Source: Flavobacteriales bacterium (GTDB taxonomy: Bacteria; Bacteroidota; Bacteroidia; Flavobacteriales_F; PHOS-HE28). Taken from it: DNA of 64,000 nt. Under the pieces are notes generated by a model. That model was given only the letters and a program-made list of their open reading frames with translations, was not told the DNA's origin and searched no databases. Position numbers and translations under genes: made by a program. Below, piece after piece: positions 57,069-64,000 of the stretch (position 1 is the first letter of the stretch; every line of letters begins with the position of its first letter). The stretch is from NCBI GenBank assembly GCA_016788295.1, contig JAEUSY010000049.1, forward strand, positions 44,010-108,009, written 5' to 3'.

Positions 57069-57677
57069 CTACTTTTTCTTTTTCGGGATCAGGTACATGA
57101 TCATGCGTTTGCCTTCCAGCTTCGGCATGCTCTCCACCAATCCGATGTCCTCCAGGTCCTGTGCGAACTTCAGCAGCAGAATCTCACCGCGTTCCTTGAA
57201 CACGATGCTGCGGCCGCGGAAGAACACAAAGGCCTTCACCTTGTGCCCTTCGGTAAGGAAGGCCCGTGCATGCTTCAGCTTGAAGTTGACGTCGTGTTCG
57301 TCCGTGTTGGGGCCGAACCGGATCTCCTTCATTTCAACCGTGGCCTGCTTGGCCTTGATCTCCTTCTGCTTCTTCTTGAGATCGTAGAGGAACTTCTTGT
57401 AATCCGTGATCCGGCATACCGGCGGCACGGCCGTGGGGCTGATCTCCACCAGGTCCAGCCCTAGGTCCTCGGCCATGCGCAAGGCTTGGCTGAAGGGGTA
57501 AACACCTTGTTCGATGCCCTCGCCGACAACGCGCACTTCGCTTACACCGTAGATCTTGTTGTTGATCCGGTGCGGGTCTTCCTTGATCACACGACCACGG
57601 AAGGGACGACGCGGGCCCGCGCCACCAGCGCCGGGTGGTCGGGGTCCAGGGGGACGATTGAAGGGAGGTCCTGCCAC
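57069..57677 (-). CDS. infC: Translation initiation factor IF-3
   Basis: HRINNKI, LDLVEIS...[24 protein letters not shown]...GHKVK; GTG start with a Pro/Gly/Arg-rich N-terminus. Confidence 0.97.
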   Translation of the reverse strand: MAGPPFNRPPGPRPPGAGGAGPRRPFRGRVIKEDPHRINNKIYGVSEVRVVGEGIEQGVYPFSQALRMAEDLGLDLVEISPTAVPPVCRITDYKKFLYDLKKKQKEIKAKQATVEMKEIRFGPNTDEHDVNFKLKHARAFLTEGHKVKAFVFFRGRSIVFKERGEILLLKFAQDLEDIGLVESMPKLEGKRMIMYLIPKKKK

Positions 57678-57703
57678 TTAGGATTGATTGGTTCCAGTAC
57701 TGA

Positions 57704-59647
57704 TCAAAGGCTGCCCAGCTGCTCGCGTACCCGTGCATTCACCAGTTCGGCGAAAGCTTGCGGGGCCATGGTGCCCAGGTCTCCCTGGCCATGTTCCCGC
57801 ACCGATACGTTGCCGTCCGCGGCCTCCTTTTCCCCGACAACGAGCATGAACGGTGTTTTGGCCATCTCCGCATCACGGATCTTGCGGCCAATTTTCTCGT
57901 TCCGTTCGTCAACGGAGGCGCGAATATCGCAACTTTTCAACACACGGGCGATCTCGTTGCACGCATCCACGTATTTGTCGCTGATCGGCAGCAGGATGGC
58001 CTGGTCCGGGGTCAGCCACAAGGGGAAGCGGCCGGCGGTGTGCTCGATCACCACGGCCACAAAGCGCTCCAAGCTTCCGAAGGGTGCCCTGTGGATCATC
58101 ACGGGACGGTGCTTCAGGTTGTCGCTGCCCACGTATTCCAGTTCGAAACGCTCCGGCAGGTTATAGTCCACCTGAATGGTACCCAGCTGCCAACGGCGTC
58201 CGAGAGCGTCCTTCACCATGAAGTCCAGCTTGGGGCCGTAGAAGGCCGCCTCGCCGTATTCCACCACGGTCTTCAGGCCCTTCTCGGCGGCGGCCTCGAT
58301 GATGGCGCTCTCGGCCTTCTCCCAGTTCTCGTCGCTGCCGATGTACTTGCTGCGGTCCTCCTTGTCGCGCAGGCTCACCTGGGCCTCGTAGTCCTTCAGG
58401 TCAAGTGCCTTGAAGACCAACAGCACCAGGTCGATCACCTTCATGAACTCCTCCTTCACCTGGTCCGGGCGGCAGAAGAGGTGGGCGTCGTCCTGCGTAA
58501 AGCCACGCACCCGGGTAAGGCCGTGCAGCTCGCCGCTCTGCTCGTAACGATATACCGTGCCGAACTCGGCATAGCGGATCGGCAGGTCCTTGTAACTGCG
58601 GGGACGGCTCTTGAAGATCTCGCAGTGGTGCGGGCAGTTCATCGGCTTCAGCAGGAACTCCTCGCCCTCATGCGGGGTGAAGATGGGCTGGAAGCTGTCC
58701 TTGCCGTATTTCTCGTAGTGCCCGCTGGTGATGTAGAGGTCCTTGTGGGCGATGTGCGGCGTGGCCACCTGCTCGTAGCCGCTCTCTTCCTGGGCCTTCT
58801 TCATGAAGTTCACCAAGCGCTCGCGCAGGGCGGTACCCTTGGGCAGCCACAGCGGCAGGCCGGCACCCACCTTCTCGCTGAAGGTGAACAGGTCCAGCTC
58901 CTTGCCCAGCTTGCGGTGGTCGCGTTTCTTGGCCTCTTCCAGCAGCACCAGGTACTCGTCCAGCTCCTTCTGCTTGGGGAAGGTGATGGCGTAGAGGCGC
59001 GTTAGCTGTTTGCGCTTCTCGTCGCCACGCCAGTACGCACCGGCCACGCTCATCACCTTGGCGGCCTTGATGAAGGAGGTGTCCGGGATGTGCGGTCCGC
59101 GGCACAGATCGGTGAAGTTGCCCTGGCTGTAGAAGGTGATGTCGCCATCGTTCAACCCTTCCAGCAGTTCCAACTTGTATTCGTCGCCCTTTTCGGTGAA
59201 GTAGGCAATGGCCTCGTCCTTGGGCACCTCGCGGCGCTCATAGACGCTCTTCCTGCCGGCCAGTTCCTTCATCTTGGCCTCAATGGCCGCGAAGTCGCCT
59301 TCGCCTATGGTGCGGTCGCCGAGGTCGATGTCATAGTAGAAACCGTTCTCGATGGGCGGGCCGATACCGAACTTGGTGCCGGGGTACAGCGCTTCAATGG
59401 CCTCGGCCATCAGGTGGGCGCTGCTGTGCCACATGGTCGACTTCCCTTCGGTGTCGTTCCAAGTGAGCAGGGCCAGGGTGCAATCGCCGGGCAGGGGGCG
59501 GGAGGCATCGCGTACCTCGCCGTTCACTTTGGCCGCCAGCACGTTGCGGGCAAGGCCTTCGCTGATGCTCTTGGCCACGTCCATGGCCGTGGTGCCGGCA
59601 TCATAGTTCCGGACGGATCCGTCCGGAAGGGTCACGTTGATCTTCAT
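57704..59647 (-). CDS. thrS: Threonine--tRNA ligase
   Basis: TGS domain ITLPDGS-like, [61 protein letters not shown]. Start may be 59653. Confidence 0.98.
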   Translation of the reverse strand: MKINVTLPDGSVRNYDAGTTAMDVAKSISEGLARNVLAAKVNGEVRDASRPLPGDCTLALLTWNDTEGKSTMWHSSAHLMAEAIEALYPGTKFGIGPPIENGFYYDIDLGDRTIGEGDFAAIEAKMKELAGRKSVYERREVPKDEAIAYFTEKGDEYKLELLEGLNDGDITFYSQGNFTDLCRGPHIPDTSFIKAAKVMSVAGAYWRGDEKRKQLTRLYAITFPKQKELDEYLVLLEEAKKRDHRKLGKELDLFTFSEKVGAGLPLWLPKGTALRERLVNFMKKAQEESGYEQVATPHIAHKDLYITSGHYEKYGKDSFQPIFTPHEGEEFLLKPMNCPHHCEIFKSRPRSYKDLPIRYAEFGTVYRYEQSGELHGLTRVRGFTQDDAHLFCRPDQVKEEFMKVIDLVLLVFKALDLKDYEAQVSLRDKEDRSKYIGSDENWEKAESAIIEAAAEKGLKTVVEYGEAAFYGPKLDFMVKDALGRRWQLGTIQVDYNLPERFELEYVGSDNLKHRPVMIHRAPFGSLERFVAVVIEHTAGRFPLWLTPDQAILLPISDKYVDACNEIARVLKSCDIRASVDERNEKIGRKIRDAEMAKTPFMLVVGEKEAADGNVSVREHGQGDLGTMAPQAFAELVNARVREQLGSL

Positions 59648-59691
59648 GTGCATTGGCCGAACCCCTACGAACGGGCCGGCAACAGGGCCGC

Positions 59692-59699
59692 AAAGGTAA
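59692..59699 (-). promoter_or_regulatory. -7 element of the thrS operon
   Basis: TACCTTTG exact consensus about 40 nt upstream of the ATG. Confidence 0.65.
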
Positions 59700-59783
59700 C
59701 GGAACCCCTTGAAACGGCTGATGCCCAAGTGGAAATACTCCCTTTACACGGACTTAATGCCGTGTTGCGGAACCCACCATTGA

Positions 59784-60503
59784 TCACTCGCAGAACACCA
59801 GCAGCGATTCCTGCACGCTGTTGTCGCCGGCATCCAGCGCCTGCTGCCAAGCCTGGCAGGCCTCCATGCGGTGGCCCAAGCGGTGGTGGGCCAGGGCCAG
59901 CTGGCCGTGCACCATGTCCAAGGACGGATCCAGGGCAATGGCCTGTTCCAGATCGGCAATGGCGGCCACGTTCTGGCCCAGCGCGATCAGGATGATGCCC
60001 CGGTCCACCAGACCGAGCACGTTGTATGGTGCTATGTGTATCAATCGGTCATAATGGGCCTTGGCCGTGATCAGATCGCCCGCACCAAAGGACAGTTCGC
60101 CCAGGAGCAGCAACGCATGTTCGGCCACGGGACCATCGCCGCGAAGGGCCAGTACTTGCTCCAGGTCCTGTTGGGCCATGGTGCTCCAACCCATGGCCAT
60201 ACAGGCCTCGGCATGGCGGATCAGCACATTGCCATCGTTGGGGGCCAGGCGCAGGGCACGGCCCAGGTCGTTCACAGCGGCCTCGGCATCACCGGCCTGC
60301 AACCGGCTCACGCCGCGGTAATACCAGGCCTTGGCATTGTCCGGCTCGGCAACCACCACCTGGCTGAAGGCCGCCTGGGCCGCAGTGTGGTCGGCAGCGC
60401 GCAGGGCGGTGAGGCCGGCGAGCATACCATTACCTGCATCGTCGGATTGACCGAACAGGGCAGGGGTGCTCAGCACGGCGGCGAGGATCAGACTTTTCTT
60501 CAT
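59784..60503 (-). CDS. Secreted TPR-repeat protein
   Basis: Signal peptide MKKSLILAA..LFG/Q and about 6 TPRs (AWYYRG). Start moved from 60716. Confidence 0.85.
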   Translation of the reverse strand: MKKSLILAAVLSTPALFGQSDDAGNGMLAGLTALRAADHTAAQAAFSQVVVAEPDNAKAWYYRGVSRLQAGDAEAAVNDLGRALRLAPNDGNVLIRHAEACMAMGWSTMAQQDLEQVLALRGDGPVAEHALLLLGELSFGAGDLITAKAHYDRLIHIAPYNVLGLVDRGIILIALGQNVAAIADLEQAIALDPSLDMVHGQLALAHHRLGHRMEACQAWQQALDAGDNSVQESLLVFCE

Positions 60504-60629
60504 GGCGCCGTTCTTACGTGATCGGCCCGCAACATGTTCGCATGGGGTGGTGGAAAAGTCGCGGCGAGCACCCCTCATAGGGCCATGGGCACGGCCGCTA
60601 CTTTCGTCGCGCATCCCATCCCAACCACC

Positions 60630-61028
60630 ATGCTGCTCAATAGTGAACCCTTGTCGGAGGAATTCGGCTACCTCGTCCTGCGGGTCTCTGCGGGCGGCAC
60701 CATGCTGTGGCAGCACGGCTGGCCCAAACTGATGTCCTTCGGCGAACGCATGGACGGCTTCGCTGACCCCTTCGGCCTGGGCGGGGCGTTCTCCCTCGCG
60801 CTCATCGTGTTCGCCGAGGTGGTGTGTTCGGCCTTGGTGATCCTGGGGCTGTGGACGCGCGCTGCACTGGTCCCGCTCATCATCGGCATGGCCGTCATCG
60901 TGTTCATGGTGAAGGGCGATGCCTCGTTCTCCGAGAAGGAACTGGCCATGGTCTACCTCTTCGCTTTTGTCACGTTGCTCTTCACAGGCAGCGGGCGTTT
61001 CGCCATCGACCGCATCTCGTTCAGCTAG
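60630..61028 (+). CDS. DoxX family membrane protein
   Basis: LVLRV..GGTML..HGWPKL, AEVVCS.LVILGL.TR, KELA..YL...G.G.FAID; TACTTTCG promoter at 60599-60606. Confidence 0.9.
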   Translation: MLLNSEPLSEEFGYLVLRVSAGGTMLWQHGWPKLMSFGERMDGFADPFGLGGAFSLALIVFAEVVCSALVILGLWTRAALVPLIIGMAVIVFMVKGDASFSEKELAMVYLFAFVTLLFTGSGRFAIDRISFS

Positions 61029-61093
61029 GTCGCTGGAACGGGACCAACGTTCAAAGCTCGCTCACAGGTCGAACGGTTCGCGTTATTGTCCGT

Positions 61094-61531
61094 TCACGCG
61101 AACGGAACACTGGCAGGCAGGCCCTTCCGGAGCAAGCGGTCCAGCGCCACATGCTGCTCGCGAGCCATACGGAAGTGCAAGTGTGTGCCTTGATTTGTGC
61201 GCACGCGAAAGTCCACGGAAATGGCCGGGCCCACTGGGCTTAGCTTGACTTCCGCGATGGTGCTCCAGGCCAGCGGAATGGCCAGCGCTTCCAGCCGGTT
61301 GCGAAAGCGGAACACCAATCCGCCCTTGCGCAGTTCCAGTGAAGAGAAGCGCCGGTCCTCCAAGCGGTCCACCATCTCCAGCAGTTCGGCCGGACCATCG
61401 ATCAACTCGAAGCGCTGCGATCCCGTGCCTCCCATGCGGATGGACGTCCAGAAGCCGATGGCCCCGCCGCAGATGCCGTTCACGGCGCGTTCCACCTTGG
61501 GGTCGTTATAGCTCACGTTGAAAATGCGCAT
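61094..61531 (-). CDS. Conserved hypothetical protein (PH-like beta domain suspected)
   Basis: MRIFNVSYNDP...IRMGGTGSQR...LELRKGGLVFRFRNRLE. Start moved from 61804. Confidence 0.7.
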   Translation of the reverse strand: MRIFNVSYNDPKVERAVNGICGGAIGFWTSIRMGGTGSQRFELIDGPAELLEMVDRLEDRRFSSLELRKGGLVFRFRNRLEALAIPLAWSTIAEVKLSPVGPAISVDFRVRTNQGTHLHFRMAREQHVALDRLLRKGLPASVPFA

Positions 61532-61604
61532 TGCTCGTTGAACAGCCCATGGTGATGCTTGTTCGTGGCAACAGCGCGTACCTTCACCTCCCAACCCTGA
61601 GAAC

Positions 61605-62039
61605 ATGCTGGACAACCTCCTTCCGCTGCTGAAAGAAAAGGTCGGTGCTGACCTGATGAACAAGGTGGGCCTCGATGCCTCCAAGACCGATGGCGCCCTT
61701 AACGCGGCGTCCTCCACCGTTTCTGAACTGCTCGGTGGCAAGGGCATCGACATGGGCACCGTGCTCAACCTCTTCTCCAATAGTGCCAACACCGCCGGCG
61801 CCAACGACCTGCTGGGCCAGTTGGGCCAGAACTACCTGGGCAAGCTCACCGGCCAGGTGGGCCTCGATGCCGCCAAGGCCAACAGCGTGAAGGACCTGGT
61901 GATGCCCGCGCTCACCAACCTGCTTAGCGATAAGATCGGCGGCAATGCCGGTGCGCTCCAAGGCCTGCTCGGCAACCTGGGCAGTGGCGGAGACATCGCC
62001 GACATGGCCAAGGGCATGCTCGGCAAGCTGTTCAAGTAG
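61605..62039 (+). CDS. Helical Gly-rich hypothetical protein (DUF937/YidB-like)
   Basis: Strong codon bias, C-terminal DMAKGMLGKLFK. Confidence 0.78.
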   Translation: MLDNLLPLLKEKVGADLMNKVGLDASKTDGALNAASSTVSELLGGKGIDMGTVLNLFSNSANTAGANDLLGQLGQNYLGKLTGQVGLDAAKANSVKDLVMPALTNLLSDKIGGNAGALQGLLGNLGSGGDIADMAKGMLGKLFK

Positions 62040-62065
62040 GCCAGATCCCGGTGGGACCTGCTCAG

Positions 62066-62090
62066 GAAGGGGCCTTGCGGCCCCTTCTTC
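62066..62090 (+). terminator. Intrinsic terminator
   Basis: GAAGGGGCC-TTGC-GGCCCCTTC followed by TTC. Confidence 0.75.
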
Positions 62091-62123
62091 GCACGGAGAT
62101 GCGCCGGGCAGCGGGGTTGCCCG

Positions 62124-62197
62124 AACCACCGATCAACGCCGATGGACACGATTGCTGATGCACCTCATGATGGGCATGATCCGTGTACCTCCGTGAT
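62124..62197. repeat. Degenerate REP-like imperfect inverted repeat
   Basis: ACCACCGATCAACGCCGATGGACACGAT ... ATCCGTGTACCTCCGTG: tandem CCGATnnACnC units facing their approximate reverse complements. Confidence 0.45.
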
Positions 62198-62251
62198 TAC
62201 CGCATTCATCTTCATCAGTAGCACCTCGCCGCTACTTTTGGACCCATCACC

Positions 62252-63799
62252 ATGAGCTCCATCACCGACTTCCAGTCCACCATCAGCGCGGGCAACACCT
62301 TCAAGGGCGACAGCATCCTGCTGGGCGGGGCGCTGTACAACGGCGAAGTGCCCGCCGGCTGCCAGGTGCGCGTACCCCTGCGCACCATGAACCGCCACGG
62401 CCTCATCTGCGGCGCCACCGGCAGCGGCAAGACCAAGACCCTGCAGGTCCTGGCCGAGCAGCTCGCGCTCAAAGGTGTGCCCTCGCTGCTCATGGACGTG
62501 AAGGGCGATCTCAGCGGTATTGCGGCGCCTGGCACCACCAACGAGAAGATCGAAGCACGCCATGCCAAGGTGGGCGAGCCGTACGTGCCCCAGGGCATGC
62601 CCGTGGAACTGCTCAGCCTCAGCAAGGAGCCCGGCGCCCGCCTGCGCGCCACCGTCAGCGAGTTCGGCCCCGTGCTGCTGGGCCGCATCCTGGAGCTGAA
62701 CGACACCCAGCAGAGCGTGCTCGCCCTGGTGTTCAAATACTGCGACGACAACGGCCTGCCGCTGTTGGACCTGAAGGACCTGCGCCGCGTGCTGCAGTTC
62801 GTGACCAACGAAGGCAAGGCCGAGATCCAGAAACACTACGGCTCGGTGAGCGGCGCCACCGTCAACATCATCCTGCGCAAGCTCATCGAGATCGAGCAGC
62901 AGGGCGCCGACGCGTTCTTCGGCGAACGCTCCTTCGACGTCAACGACCTGCTGCAAGTTCGTGATGGCAAGGGCGTGGTTCACATTGTCCGCCTCACCGA
63001 CATCCAGGACCGCCCTCGCCTCTTCAGCACCTTCATGCTGTGCCTGCTGGCAGAGATCTACAACACCTTCCCTGAGGTGGGCGACCCCGAGAAGCCCAAG
63101 CTGGTGCTCTTCATCGATGAGGCCCACCTCATCTTTAGCACCGCCTCCAAGGCGCTCTTGGAGCAGATCGAGACCATCATCAAGCTGATCCGCTCCAAGG
63201 GGGTGGGGGTGTACTTCTGCACGCAGGACCCCAGCGATGTGCCCGAAGGCGTGCTGGGCCAGCTGGGCCTCAAGGTGCAGCACGCGCTGCGCGCCTTCAC
63301 CGCCAAGGACCGCACCACTATAAAGAAGACCGCGCAGAACTACCCCATTACACCCTTCTACAATGTGGAGGAACTGATCACCTCCCTGGGCATCGGCGAG
63401 GCACTTGTAACGGCGCTCAGCGAGAAAGGCACGCCCACACCGCTGGCCCATACACTGCTGCGCGCCCCCGCCAGCCGCATGGATGTGCTGAGCCAGCTGG
63501 AGATCGATGGCCTCGTGGCCCGCTCCGAACTGGTGCGCACCTACAACGAGGTGTTGGACCGCGAGAGCGCCTTCGAGATGCTGGAAAAGCGCATGCAGGA
63601 TAGCACCACCGCCGAGGCGGAAGAGGAGAAGAAACCCACCACCCGCAAGACCACCCCGGCCCCCAAGGAAGTGAGCACCATCGAAAAGATGTCCAAGAAC
63701 ACCATGTTGCGCCAGGTGGGCAATACCCTTATGCGCGAATTGGCGCGCGGCCTTCTCGGGGTGCTGGGGCTGAAGAGCACGACCCGGCGGCGGCGGTAG
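62252..63799 (+). CDS. DUF853 / YjgR HerA-FtsK-like ATPase
   Basis: NRHGLICGATGSGKTKT, DVKGDLSG, LRATVSEFGPVLL, FIDEAHL, LIRSKGVG, QHALRAFT; TACTTTTG -7 motif at 62233-62240. Confidence 0.93.
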   Translation: MSSITDFQSTISAGNTFKGDSILLGGALYNGEVPAGCQVRVPLRTMNRHGLICGATGSGKTKTLQVLAEQLALKGVPSLLMDVKGDLSGIAAPGTTNEKIEARHAKVGEPYVPQGMPVELLSLSKEPGARLRATVSEFGPVLLGRILELNDTQQSVLALVFKYCDDNGLPLLDLKDLRRVLQFVTNEGKAEIQKHYGSVSGATVNIILRKLIEIEQQGADAFFGERSFDVNDLLQVRDGKGVVHIVRLTDIQDRPRLFSTFMLCLLAEIYNTFPEVGDPEKPKLVLFIDEAHLIFSTASKALLEQIETIIKLIRSKGVGVYFCTQDPSDVPEGVLGQLGLKVQHALRAFTAKDRTTIKKTAQNYPITPFYNVEELITSLGIGEALVTALSEKGTPTPLAHTLLRAPASRMDVLSQLEIDGLVARSELVRTYNEVLDRESAFEMLEKRMQDSTTAEAEEEKKPTTRKTTPAPKEVSTIEKMSKNTMLRQVGNTLMRELARGLLGVLGLKSTTRRRR

Positions 63800-63951
63800 G
63801 AGGGGCGATCATAGATCGCTTGAGCTGCTCGGTACGTTACGCGTTGTGCAACGTTACCGCGAGTTGCAAACTCGTGGGAGTGAGGTGGCTTACACAGGGC
63901 GAGCTTTAGAGGACGCGCATGGGCCACGAAGTGATCGCGCCCAATTGGAGG

Positions 63952-63999
63952 TCAGGCGGCCAAGGACCATTCAACCGCCATACGCACGTAGCCACGGCC
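63952..63999 (-). CDS. Possible 3' end of a gene entering from beyond the window
   Basis: Open frame ...GRGYVRMAVEWSLAA* only; too short to identify. Confidence 0.3.
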   Translation of the reverse strand, partial: GRGYVRMAVEWSLAA

Positions 64000-64000
64000 C

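Noticed and set aside
59654-59783. T-box or thrS operator leader
   Set aside because: The promoter lies about 40 nt from the ATG, leaving no room, and no T-box consensus is present.
62252-63799. DUF853 ATPase as a HerA defence system
   Set aside because: No NurA, SIR2 or DUF4297 partner is adjacent; this is the widespread stand-alone YjgR type.
57700-63800. Stronger C/G-ending codon bias in thrS and the last 3 kb
   Set aside because: Judged by eye only, with no junction features. Expression-linked bias is a sufficient explanation.
1-64000. Long antisense or alternative-frame ORFs (e.g. 23-733, 3086-4183, 10168-11277, 38636-39694, 42862-44322, 57758-59005, 62165-63451)
   Set aside because: They shadow well-identified genes and have no motifs. 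They are expected from high GC3 suppressing stop codons.
1-64000. CRISPR array, prophage, integrase, transposase or defence system
   Set aside because: No regularly spaced direct repeats and no such protein motifs were seen. The flanks of both tRNAs show no integrase or duplicated tRNA 3' end.
63800-64000. Possible island boundary at the window end
   Set aside because: Only 200 bp of non-coding-looking sequence is visible, with no att site or repeat.

Overview
High-GC Bacteroidota chromosome segment, most consistent with Flavobacteriales. The basis is TAnnTTTG-type -7 promoters, T9SS C-terminal sorting domains, PorT-like and PorE-like proteins, and the absence of Shine-Dalgarno motifs. About 70 CDS are mostly housekeeping or envelope genes: wzm/wzt, capD, GT4/GT2/wcaF, gcvT-comB-S1/P1 nuclease, smpB, an MntR-ZIP-TonB receptor metal locus, pyrD-HMG-CoA lyase, an RND/ABC exporter, queE-OmpA, proC, rarA, bcp-recA, Crp/Fnr-rhodanese-trxA, thrS-infC-rpmI-rplT and DUF853. 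There are two tRNAs, Val-GAC (with an unusual C33) and Ala-CGC. No integrase, transposase, prophage or CRISPR array is visible. The strongest signals not explained by the ORF track are: (1) a 188-nt rod-shaped RNA upstream of queE, a probable 6S RNA, lying next to a divergent Gre-like factor and a PcrA/CarD-Tudor-like protein, which together may form an RNA-polymerase-control cluster; (2) an in-frame palindromic REP/MITE-like insertion of about 99 bp inside a GT2 gene; (3) many -7 promoter motifs only 4-9 nt from start codons, implying leaderless mRNAs; (4) MntR-type and CRP-type operators next to their regulator genes; (5) a structured spacer between rpmI and rplT; (6) two unannotated small ORFs with their own expression signals; (7) a cargo-less T9SS-CTD-like protein. 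All calls come from reading motifs by eye, with no database searches. Many starts were moved from the ORF track to the most plausible internal start.
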